A stretch of DNA of 64,000 bases. Origin: an uncultured Ruminococcus sp. (GTDB lineage Bacteria; Bacillota; Clostridia; Oscillospirales; Acutalibacteraceae). The DNA lies in NCBI GenBank assembly GCA_902800005.1, contig CADCCP010000004.1:3773-67772 (forward strand), written 5' to 3'. Of this stretch, positions 37,458 through 46,097 are shown piece after piece (the stretch's first letter is position 1; each line of letters opens with the position of its first letter). The position numbers and the translations under genes are program-made. The notes under the pieces were generated by a model. The model ran no database searches. It saw only the letters and a list, made by a program, of their open reading frames with translations, and had not been told where the DNA came from.

Positions 37458-38491
37458 CATCCGAACAGGACTTTAAAAAGGAGATCGCAAAAGCTGACTT
37501 CAAACGGCTTTATCTTATTTACGGGGAAGAAAAATATCTTGTCGGACACTATACAAACTCCCTTGTAAATAAAGTTACGAATAAAAAGATAAATACATTT
37601 GATTTTATCAGGTTCGGTGCAAATGCAGATTTACAAGAGTTATGCACAGCCTGCGAACAGATACCCGTATCTGCACAATACAAGTGCATACTTGTCAGTG
37701 ACTTTGACTTTGAAAGCCTCTCCGAAAGCGATTTCAAGGAACTTGACAGCTACTGCAGGGATATTTCACCAAGCACTGTACTGATATTTTCCATGCCCAC
37801 ACTTGTCATTGATGCAAAGAAAAACGGTAAATTTAAAAGATTCTCAGCAACTGCCGAAAAAGTCGGCATATCTGCGGAATTTGCTAAAAAAGACAGCATT
37901 TCGCTTGAAAGACAGCTTGTTTCATGGGCAGAAAAAACAGGCTGTACACTGACACAGTACAATGCTTCAAAGATAATTGCCATGTGCGGAACTGACATGA
38001 CACTTTTGAGAAATGAACTGCAAAAGCTGACCGCTTATGCAAACGGCTCTGAAATAACGGAGGACATGATAAAACTGCTTGTCGTGAAGAACACCGAAAC
38101 ACGCATATTTGCCTTGTCGGACTGTATCATGGCAGGCAATTTTCAGGGAGCTTACAGTCAGCTTGCACAGCTTTTTGAACAAAATGAAAAGCCTGAAATA
38201 ATCCTTTCCACTTTAGGATCTGTTTACATAGATATGTACAGGATGAGAGTCGCCAATGAAAGCGGTAAAACAATGACAGATGTATCATCGGATTTCAAGT
38301 ACGGTAAACGTGATTTTGTCTTGAAAAAAGCCAATGCAAATTCAAAAAGATATTCCACAACGGCTTTGAGAAAGGCTCTTGATATTATTCTTCAGACGGA
38401 TATAAAATTGAAAAGCACCAGAAACGATACAAAAATACTGCTTGAAACGCTCATAACAAAACTCATGCTTGCACTTCGGGAGGGAATATGA
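37445..38491 (+). CDS. holA: DNA polymerase III subunit delta
   Basis: LYLIYGEEKYLV N-terminus, about 348 aa, canonical position after comEC. TTG start. Confidence 0.82.
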   Translation: MAKLTSEQDFKKEIAKADFKRLYLIYGEEKYLVGHYTNSLVNKVTNKKINTFDFIRFGANADLQELCTACEQIPVSAQYKCILVSDFDFESLSESDFKELDSYCRDISPSTVLIFSMPTLVIDAKKNGKFKRFSATAEKVGISAEFAKKDSISLERQLVSWAEKTGCTLTQYNASKIIAMCGTDMTLLRNELQKLTAYANGSEITEDMIKLLVVKNTETRIFALSDCIMAGNFQGAYSQLAQLFEQNEKPEIILSTLGSVYIDMYRMRVANESGKTMTDVSSDFKYGKRDFVLKKANANSKRYSTTALRKALDIILQTDIKLKSTRNDTKILLETLITKLMLALREGI

Positions 38492-39099
38492 TAAAAGTAA
38501 AAGAGGCTATCATCGTTGAGGGAAAACACGATAAGATCAAACTTGCAAATTTCATAGACGGGCTTATCATCACGACCGACGGTTTCGGCATTTTCAAAAA
38601 CAGGGAAAAACAAATGCTTATCCGTCACCTTGCCGAAACAAGAGGTATACTTATCTTAACCGACAGCGATGGTGCAGGCTTTGTTATAAGGAATTTTCTG
38701 AAAGGTGCAGTACCTAACGACAAAATAAAAAATGCCTATATTCCCGACATCTTCGGCAAGGAAAAAAGAAAATCTCAACCTTCAAAAGAGGGTAAACTTG
38801 GTGTCGAGGGAATATCTGAGGAGATATTGTGCCGTGTGATAGCAGATTCCGGAGCGGAATGTGAATTGAATAAAAATATAAAGTCTGTCGGTGATATAAC
38901 AAAGGCAGACCTGTTTGAAAACGGTCTTACAGGTACGCCTAATTCCTCTGTCAACAGGGCTGCTTTGAAACAGGCTATGCACTTGCCCGAAAATCTGACA
39001 TCAAATGCACTTTTGGACATACTCAACTGCACCATGACAAAAACAGAGTTTGAACAGCTCTGCAAAGAAATTTTTGGAAAGGATAAGGAAAATGCTTGA
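38488..39099 (+). CDS. rnmV: ribonuclease M5 (Toprim)
   Basis: IIVEGKHDKIKL and ILTDSDGAGFVIR Toprim motifs. Confidence 0.85.
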   Translation: MIKVKEAIIVEGKHDKIKLANFIDGLIITTDGFGIFKNREKQMLIRHLAETRGILILTDSDGAGFVIRNFLKGAVPNDKIKNAYIPDIFGKEKRKSQPSKEGKLGVEGISEEILCRVIADSGAECELNKNIKSVGDITKADLFENGLTGTPNSSVNRAALKQAMHLPENLTSNALLDILNCTMTKTEFEQLCKEIFGKDKENA

Positions 39100-40000
39100 A
39101 GTAACGCTTTTAGGCACAGGCGGCACAATGCCCCTCAAAGACAGATGGCTGTCATCATGCCTTATAAAGCACATGGGACACTCTATACTCATCGACTGCG
39201 GAGAGGGTACGCAAATCGCCCTCAAGCACTCCGAAAATAAATTTAAACCTATCGACATTATCTGCATCACACACTTTCATGCCGACCATATATCGGGCTT
39301 ACCGGGATTTCTGCTTTCCATGAGCAATGAGGGACGTGACCAACCTGTCACGATCATAGGACCTGCCGGCTTGAAAAAAGTTGTAAATGCCTTATGCATT
39401 ATTGCTCCAAATCTGCCTTTTGATCTGAAACTCCTTGAATATCCTGCGGATATATCCGAATTTGAGTTCGGCGATATAAAGATCACACCGTTCTCTGCCA
39501 AACACAGTGTCGTATGCACAGGCTACAACTTCAAACTCAAAAGAGTCGGCAAATTTGATGTAGAAAAAGCGAAAAAAAATAATGTTCCCATGAAGATATG
39601 GGGACAGCTCCAAAAACATGAAACTGTCATATTTGAGGATACGGAGTATAAACAAAGCATGGTCTTGGGTAGTGCAAGAAAGGGCTTGAAAGTGACGTAC
39701 TGCACCGACAGCAGACCGACCGAAAACATATTGAACCATGCAAGAAATGCCGATCTGCTGATATGCGAGGGAATGTTCGGAGATGACGATAAACTTGCAA
39801 GAGCCGTTGAAACAGGTCACTGCCTGTTTTCGGAAGCGGCACAGCTTGCTAAAAAGGCTGATGTCAAAAAACTCTGGCTTACACATTACAGCCCGTCACT
39901 GACAGAACCTGACTTATATCTTGATACCGTCACAGATATTTTCCCAAATGCAGAACTCGGATTTGACGGAAAATCCGAAACACTTAATTTTCCCGAATAA
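39092..40000 (+). CDS. rnz: ribonuclease Z / MBL-fold tRNA 3' endonuclease
   Basis: MLEVTLLGTGGTMP N-terminus and THFHADH motif. The start overlaps the rnmV stop. Confidence 0.8.
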   Translation: MLEVTLLGTGGTMPLKDRWLSSCLIKHMGHSILIDCGEGTQIALKHSENKFKPIDIICITHFHADHISGLPGFLLSMSNEGRDQPVTIIGPAGLKKVVNALCIIAPNLPFDLKLLEYPADISEFEFGDIKITPFSAKHSVVCTGYNFKLKRVGKFDVEKAKKNNVPMKIWGQLQKHETVIFEDTEYKQSMVLGSARKGLKVTYCTDSRPTENILNHARNADLLICEGMFGDDDKLARAVETGHCLFSEAAQLAKKADVKKLWLTHYSPSLTEPDLYLDTVTDIFPNAELGFDGKSETLNFPE

Positions 40001-40026
40001 GATCAAGTTTTTTGAAAAGAGGGTTC

Positions 40027-40060
40027 GGGGGAGACCTTTTTTACAAAAAAGGTCTCCCCC
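40027..40060. terminator. GC-rich perfect hairpin, bidirectional terminator
   Basis: GGGGGAGACCTTTTTT ac AAAAAAGGTCTCCCCC. Confidence 0.8.
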
Positions 40061-40123
40061 GCCTTTACTTTTGGAAAATTTCGGAGTATAATAAATATAA
40101 CTCACATGGAAAGGATAATTATT

Positions 40124-40996
40124 ATGGGAAAACTTGGAAGAAACGAACCGTGTTGGTGCGGAAGCGGCAAAAAATACAAAAAATGCCATGAGGAATTTGA
40201 CGAGAAAATAGCTTTCATCAAGAGCAAAGGTCATGAAGTGCCTGACCGCTCCATCATCAAAACTCCTCAGCAAATAGAGGCTATCAAAGAAAGCTGTAAA
40301 ATAAATATAGCCGTTCTGGACTATGTTGCAGAAAATATCCGTGCAGGCATGACCACTCAGGAAATTGATGACCTTGTTGCAAGCAAGACCGCTGAATTAG
40401 GCGGTATCCCTGCACCGCTCAATTATGAGGGCTATCCCAAAAGTGTTTGCACATCCATAAATGAAGTCGTTTGTCACGGAATACCCTCAGATAAGGTCGT
40501 TCTCAAAGAAGGCGATATTGTAAATGTAGACTGCTCAACTATTTACAAAGGCTATTTTTCGGATTCATCAAGAATGTTCTGCATAGGAGAGGTCTCGCCC
40601 GAAAAGAAAAAGCTTGTTGATGTCGTTAAAGAGTGCGTTGAGATAGGTCTGGAAAAAGTGCAGCCGTGGGGATTTCTTGGAGATATGGGACAGGCAGTGC
40701 ATGAACACGCTGTCAAAAACGGCTACAGCGTTGTAAGAGAAATAGGCGGTCACGGTGTCGGACTTGAATTCCATGAAGACCCCTGGGTGAGTTACGTTTC
40801 AAAGGCAGGAGAGGAAATGCTTCTCGTACCGGGCATGATATTTACCATAGAGCCTATGGTGAATATGGGTACGGAAAAAGTCACCGTTGACAAAGATGAC
40901 GGCTGGACGGTCACAACTGCCGATAAAAAGCCCTCTGCACAATGGGAGATCATGGTGCTTGTCACGGAATACGGACATGAAGTTCTCTGTTACTAA
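40124..40996 (+). CDS. map: type I methionine aminopeptidase with N-terminal SEC-C zinc motif
   Basis: GRNEPCWCGSGKKYKKCH, then MetAP motifs (VCHGIP, DCS..YKGYFSD, GHGVG, EPM). Confidence 0.9.
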   Translation: MGKLGRNEPCWCGSGKKYKKCHEEFDEKIAFIKSKGHEVPDRSIIKTPQQIEAIKESCKINIAVLDYVAENIRAGMTTQEIDDLVASKTAELGGIPAPLNYEGYPKSVCTSINEVVCHGIPSDKVVLKEGDIVNVDCSTIYKGYFSDSSRMFCIGEVSPEKKKLVDVVKECVEIGLEKVQPWGFLGDMGQAVHEHAVKNGYSVVREIGGHGVGLEFHEDPWVSYVSKAGEEMLLVPGMIFTIEPMVNMGTEKVTVDKDDGWTVTTADKKPSAQWEIMVLVTEYGHEVLCY

Positions 40997-41004
40997 GAAA
41001 ATCC

Positions 41005-41039
41005 TCGGTCTGATGATTATTTTCAGACCGAATTTTTTT
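41005..41039 (+). terminator. rho-independent terminator
   Basis: TCGGTCTGA...TCAGACCGA followed by ATTTTTTT. Confidence 0.8.
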
Positions 41040-41137
41040 ATTTGGTAATTTTTATAAAAAATATTCCGTTTGTTAATTGAAATCCCGTTAAAAAGATAGT
41101 ATAATATTATCTATCTTATTTATGGAGGTTTAAAAAA

Positions 41138-42700
41138 ATGGTTAAACAAAACCGCTCGAAAAGAGTATTTGCCGCTTTTCTTGCCCTGACATTCATGGCT
41201 GTATGGCTGACAATGACGTTATGCACGACAGCCGTTTATGCAGAAGAACAGAATGACGGCACGATCAACGGAGTTGACGACCTTGTGGGAAAAACCATAG
41301 GCGTTCAGCTCGGTACAACAGGTGATACCTTTGCAACGGACTATGAAAAAGACGGTACGGCAAATCTTGAAAGATATACAAAAGCCGCTGATGCTATTCA
41401 AGCACTTAATCAAAACAAAATAGACTGTGTTATCATAGACGAACAGCCGGCACTTTCATTTGTGGCAGTAAATTCAAATCTTTCGATACTTGAAGAAGAA
41501 TTTGCCGTTGAAGAATATGCCCTGAGTATCAAAAAAGGAAGAACAGAACTCCTTGATAAAATAAACAATGCTCTTGCAAAACTCAAGGCTGACGGTACTC
41601 TTGATAAAATAAATACAAATTACATCGGCACAGATGAAGAAAAAGGCTCTATGCCCTATCAGAAAAAGGACGTTCAGAGAACAGGTAAACTTGTCGTTGC
41701 GACAAATGCGGAATTTCCGCCTTACGAATATGTAAATAACGGTCAGATAGTCGGAATCGACATGGATATTATGCAGGCAGTCTGTGATGAACTCGGCTTT
41801 GATATGGAAATAGAAAACATGGCTTTTGATTCCATTCTCCCTGCGATACAGTCAGGCAAAGCTGATGTCGGTGCAGCAGGCATGACCGTTACTGAGGCAA
41901 GAAAAAAGAATGTTGATTTTTCCGATCCCTATACTGTGTCCAAACAGGTCATTATCATAAATAAAGGTACTGCCGCCATTTCCGACAGTGACAAGGAAAA
42001 TACAAAAACACTGTCATTCAGCGATAAACTCCATCAGAATTTCATTGAGGACAACAGATGGCAGTATATCTTATCAGGTCTGGGAAATACCCTTCTTATC
42101 ACCGTTCTTGCAATAGCGATAGGTCTTATCATAGGAACTCTCGTAGCAGTTGTAAGAACCGTACATGACCAACAGAATAAATTGAAGATACTCAACTTTA
42201 TATGCAAACTTTATCTTGCCGTTATCAGAGGCACTCCTGCCATGATACAGCTTTTGATAATTTACTACGTCATATTTGCATCAGTAAATGTCAATAAGAT
42301 ACTCGTTGCAGTAGTCGCATTCGGCTTGAACTCCGGTGCATACGTTGCAGAAGTTATCCGTTCAGGTATCAATGCCGTTGACAAGGGACAGTTTGAAGCA
42401 GGCAGATGTCTTGGTCTTAACTATCGTCAGACTATGTCAAATATCATAATGCCCCAGGCTTTCAAAAATATGCTTCCTGCTCTGTGCAATGAGTTCATAA
42501 GCCTTCTCAAAGAAACTGCAATAAGCGGTTACATAGGCTTGCAGGACTTGACAAAGGGCGGCGATATTATCAGAAGTCAGACCTTTGAAGCATTCATTCC
42601 GCTGGTAGCTGTTGCACTTATATATCTTGTAATGGTACTGCTTTTGTCCTACGGTGTCGGCAGACTGGAAAGGAGATTGAAAAACAATGAAATCAGATAA
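41138..42700 (+). CDS. amino-acid ABC transporter, fused substrate-binding domain and permease (GlnP/HisM type)
   Basis: Signal peptide, then SBP_bac_3-like segments and a C-terminal polar amino-acid permease with an EAA loop ([11 protein letters not shown]). Confidence 0.85.
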   Translation: MVKQNRSKRVFAAFLALTFMAVWLTMTLCTTAVYAEEQNDGTINGVDDLVGKTIGVQLGTTGDTFATDYEKDGTANLERYTKAADAIQALNQNKIDCVIIDEQPALSFVAVNSNLSILEEEFAVEEYALSIKKGRTELLDKINNALAKLKADGTLDKINTNYIGTDEEKGSMPYQKKDVQRTGKLVVATNAEFPPYEYVNNGQIVGIDMDIMQAVCDELGFDMEIENMAFDSILPAIQSGKADVGAAGMTVTEARKKNVDFSDPYTVSKQVIIINKGTAAISDSDKENTKTLSFSDKLHQNFIEDNRWQYILSGLGNTLLITVLAIAIGLIIGTLVAVVRTVHDQQNKLKILNFICKLYLAVIRGTPAMIQLLIIYYVIFASVNVNKILVAVVAFGLNSGAYVAEVIRSGINAVDKGQFEAGRCLGLNYRQTMSNIIMPQAFKNMLPALCNEFISLLKETAISGYIGLQDLTKGGDIIRSQTFEAFIPLVAVALIYLVMVLLLSYGVGRLERRLKNNEIR

Positions 42701-43433
42701 CAAAGAAATTCTTATTGAAGTTGACGGCTTGAAAAAATCCTTCGGTGACCATGAAGTCCTCAAAGACATCAGCACGACTGTTTCCAAAGGTGAGGTCATA
42801 GCAATAATAGGTCCGTCAGGCTGCGGAAAATCCACTTTCCTGCGTTCTCTCAATCTCCTTGAACAGCCCACAGGCGGCACTATCAAATTTGAAGGTACTG
42901 ACATAACCGACAAATCTGTTGATATAAATAAAATGCGTGAAAAAATGGGAATGGTGTTCCAGCAGTTCAATTTGTTTCCGAATATGACTATAAAGAAAAA
43001 TATCATGCTTGCCCCCGTCAAGCTCGGCAAAATGACAAAAGAGGAAGCTGAAAAAAAAGCTGAAGAACTTCTGAAAAGAATAGGTCTCTCCGATAAGGCT
43101 GATGCTTATCCCGACAGTCTTTCGGGCGGTCAGAAACAGCGTGTGGCTATTATCAGGGCTTTGGCAATGAATCCCGATGTAATGCTTTTTGACGAGCCGA
43201 CTTCCGCCCTCGATCCCGAAATGGTCGGTGAAGTCCTCTCCCTCATGAAAGAGCTTGCACAGAGCGGTATGACAATGGTAATAGTTACTCATGAAATGGG
43301 TTTTGCAAAAGAGGTAGCTGACAGAGTGATGTTCTTCAATGACGGCATTATCGCAGAAGAAAATACCCCTGCAAAACTCTTTGCCGATCCACAAAATCAG
43401 CGTCTGAAAGAATTTCTTTCAAAAGTCCTTTAA
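42687..43433 (+). CDS. glnQ: amino-acid ABC transporter ATP-binding protein
   Basis: [25 protein letters not shown] and [13 protein letters not shown] motifs. Confidence 0.9.
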   Translation: MKSDNKEILIEVDGLKKSFGDHEVLKDISTTVSKGEVIAIIGPSGCGKSTFLRSLNLLEQPTGGTIKFEGTDITDKSVDINKMREKMGMVFQQFNLFPNMTIKKNIMLAPVKLGKMTKEEAEKKAEELLKRIGLSDKADAYPDSLSGGQKQRVAIIRALAMNPDVMLFDEPTSALDPEMVGEVLSLMKELAQSGMTMVIVTHEMGFAKEVADRVMFFNDGIIAEENTPAKLFADPQNQRLKEFLSKVL

Positions 43434-43440
43434 TAAAGAA

Positions 43441-43475
43441 CAGTGCATATCCCAAAAAGATATGCACTGTTTTTT
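43441..43475 (+). terminator. rho-independent terminator
   Basis: CAGTGCATATC...GATATGCACTG followed by TTTTTT. Confidence 0.8.
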
Positions 43476-43513
43476 ATGCGTGAAAAAGCAAAATATAAAA
43501 TATCCGCTCCACA

Positions 43514-43693
43514 CTATCGGAATATCTCCTGCATTCCGTCAAGAATACTTTCGACCGTGTTGATAGCCTTGCTTGCTTTTTTCTTGTTTCGACGGCTGTC
43601 ACTCATCATCACCGAACTGACAAACCCGAACATCATGCCTGCTACAAGCCCTGCTCCCACGCCCTTTAATGTCGTCATGGTATCTTTCCCCAT
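43514..43693 (-). CDS. small (59 aa) single-TM protein, missing from the ORF track
   Basis: MGKDTMTTLKGVGAGLVAGMMFGFVSSVMMSDSRRNKKKASKAINTVESILDGMQEIFR, with a GGAGAG RBS 5 nt upstream of the ATG. It falls just below the 60-aa track cutoff. Confidence 0.45.
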   Translation of the reverse strand: MGKDTMTTLKGVGAGLVAGMMFGFVSSVMMSDSRRNKKKASKAINTVESILDGMQEIFR

Positions 43694-43959
43694 CTCTATC
43701 TCTCCTTTTTATTTTCTTCAAATATATTTTTCCCTGTTTATCGCACTTTTACTATGGTTACAATTAACAATATTTTGAAAAAATTTTTCCATCTTTTAGA
43801 CAATTAACAGTTTTTTTGGATTTCATACATAAATTCTACATCTTTTATTTGACAAACTGCATAAAAAGGATTATAATTTACTCAAAGGGAATGAGAAAAA
43901 AACTCATGCCCGTGTATATAAGCAATAAAATAAATTTTATCAGAAAGAGGGATTTTATC

Positions 43960-44277
43960 ATGCCCAGAGCAAAGAAAGCTGCTACGGATGCCGCTGTTGA
44001 AACAGCAGAAGTTAAAGAAGAAGTCAAAGAAGTTAAGGCTAAGAAGCCCGCTGAAAAGAAGGCTGCAAAGGCTAAAGAACCCGAAGTAAATGTTGTTGTT
44101 GAGTATCTTGACAAAAATGTCGCTGTGAAAGACCTCGTTGAAGCTGTCAAAGAGGCTTACAAGGCTAACGGCAATACTGATACTATCGAAACGATCGATG
44201 TTTACTATCAGCCCGAATACAACAAGGTATACTATGTTGTTAACGGCAAAGCTCAGGAAGAACCTGTTACTGTCTGA
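43960..44277 (+). CDS. small Lys/Glu-rich protein, unknown function
   Basis: 105 aa from MPRAKKAATD, with an AGAGGGA RBS and a terminator after it. The longer ORF-track start has no RBS. Confidence 0.55.
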   Translation: MPRAKKAATDAAVETAEVKEEVKEVKAKKPAEKKAAKAKEPEVNVVVEYLDKNVAVKDLVEAVKEAYKANGNTDTIETIDVYYQPEYNKVYYVVNGKAQEEPVTV

Positions 44278-44296
44278 TTTGAATTTAAAATATCCT

Positions 44297-44333
44297 GTGT
44301 CCGCATGGCTCGCCCATGTCGGACACTTTTTTT
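44297..44333 (+). terminator. rho-independent terminator
   Basis: GTGTCCG(CATGGctcgcCCATG)tCGGACAC followed by TTTTTTT. Confidence 0.8.
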
Positions 44334-44802
44334 ATATTTTTTTGACTTTTTTATTGATTATATCCGAAGAATGTGTTAAAATCAATATAAATAATATGTA
44401 AGGGTATTCTTTATTGTATACTTTTACACGAAATCTTTATAAAACAGGAGGCCTTTTCTCATGGTTAAACACATAGTCTTTTGGAAAGTTAAAGACAATG
44501 CTGAAAAACAACAGAATATTGACCGCATGATCGATATGCTCAAGTCCCTTGTCGGCAAAATAGAGGGACTTATCAGCGTTGAGGTCGGCTACAACTTCAA
44601 TCATTCGTCCGATTATGATGTGGTTCTCTATGCATCATTCACTAATCCCTCTGCTCTCAAGTATTACCAGAACCACCCTGAACACCTTAAATGCAAGGAC
44701 TTCATTTCTCAGGTAACTGTTGACCGTACTTGTGCAGACTACTTCTTTGAAAGCAACATGACTGCTGAAACAGAACCTACCGAGATCCCCGAAAGTGCAG
44801 AA

Positions 44803-44970
44803 GAAACTCCTGCTACTCCCGAAGTCACAGTAGAAACCCCCGCTGCTCCCGAAACCACAGCGGAAACTCCTGCCTCTCCCGAAATCACAGTAGAAACTCC
44901 TGCTGTTCCTGAAATAACAGTAGAAACTCCTGCTGTTCCCGAAGTCAAAGCGGAAACTCCTGCTAATCCC
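44803..44970 (+). repeat. 30-bp in-frame tandem repeat, 5.6 copies (ETPAxPExTV)
   Basis: Units begin at 44803, 44833, 44863, 44893, 44923 and 44953 (gaaactcctgctNNtcccgaaNtcacagta). Confidence 0.9.
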
Positions 44971-45571
44971 TTCGGTGTGACATTCAATACAGGTTCAGAA
45001 CAATCCTCTCTTCCCAATATACAGCCCGATACCAATTCCGTAGAAGAGGATATTGTTCAGCAGTTCCAAGATGTTCAGCCTTCTGTTCAAGGCTACAATC
45101 CCCAAATAAAAACTGAAGATCAACTTGATGTCGACAAGTCTGTAGAAAATTATCAGACTCCCGACCTTTCCTTCATAAAGGCTCAGGGTAAAACTGAGTT
45201 CAAACAAACCAAATTTGAAAACGATCTCAACGATCAGGCTGACAAGGATCATGCACAACCGCTTGAACCTATTGATTTCAGTTATGTTCCCCTTGCCGCT
45301 CCCATGAAGTTCGATCCTGATTCCAATTCCTACAACTTCGGCGACTATGTACAGCAACCTTCTAAGGAAATGACTATGAACGATACCCCTGTTTCAACAC
45401 CGGTTGCACCTCAAAAGCCTGCTGCTCCCACACGTATGCAAACCACTCCACGCACACCCGTTCGCTCTGCCACCAAGCCCCCTGTCAATGCCCAGGTCAA
45501 CCCCGTTTCAACCGAGCATTCCAAGATAAAGGAAACTACAAATGCATTCGGCAAAAAGAAAATTGACGTTG

Positions 45572-45665
45572 AAGTTACTCCTTTGGAACAGCGTGCAGAT
45601 GTATGGACTTGCCCGAACAAGTTACTCCTTTGGAACAGCGTGCAGATGTATGGACTTGCCCGAAC
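45572..45665 (+). repeat. perfect 47-bp tandem duplication
   Basis: aagttactcctttggaacagcgtgcagatgtatggacttgcccgaac occurs twice back to back. A third copy of its first 41 nt is at 45913-45953. Confidence 0.95.
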
Positions 45666-46011
45666 TGCGGTAAAGTTATGCCTAATTATGTCGGTACTTG
45701 TGGCTGCGGTGAAGTAAAACCCTTTGATTTCGGTGACGATGTTCCTGCCGCTCCTATGACATATCAGCCTGCTCCTCAGCAGACCGCTCCTCAGAGAACT
45801 GCAACACGTCCCATGAAAACCCCTCAAAATGCACAGGTAAATCCCGTTTCAACGGAACACTCCAAGATAAAGGAAACTACAAATGCATTCGGCAAAAAGA
45901 AAATTGACGTTGAAGTTACTCCTTTGGAACAGCGTGCAGATGTATGGACTTGCGGCTGCGGTGAAGTAAAACCTTTTGAATTCTGATTCCGATAATTGAT
46001 TACATAATTTT

Positions 46012-46048
46012 CAGCCCTCAAAGAAAAAACTTTGGGGGCTGTTTTTTT
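46012..46048 (+). terminator. rho-independent terminator
   Basis: CAGCCCTCAAAG...CTTTGGGGGCTG followed by TTTTTTT. Confidence 0.8.
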
Positions 46049-46050
46049 GC

Positions 46051-46086
46051 ATAAAAAGGCATAGCAGCCGTTGCTGACTGCTATGC
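46051..46086 (-). terminator. rho-independent terminator of ackA
   Basis: On the - strand: GCATAGCAG tcagcaacgg CTGCTATGC followed by CTTTTTAT. Confidence 0.7.
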
Positions 46087-46097
46087 GAATTTTTTGA

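Larger units (their letters stand above)
44461..45986 (+). pseudogene. Dabb-domain / Pro-rich / zinc-ribbon repeat protein gene, frameshifted by a 47-bp tandem duplication
   Basis: The ORFs 44461..45717 and 45603..45986 are the same gene in two frames. Removing one 47-bp copy (45572-45618 = 45619-45665) yields a single 492-aa frame. Confidence 0.6.

Noticed and set aside
42437-43394. Two long - strand ORFs (197 and 192 aa)
   Set aside because: They are antisense to the glnP-type permease and glnQ, whose ABC motifs are unambiguous. They are shadow ORFs.
43443-43778. 111-aa + strand ORF
   Set aside because: It starts inside the glnQ terminator, is low complexity and has no RBS. The - strand 59-aa ORF with an RBS is preferred.
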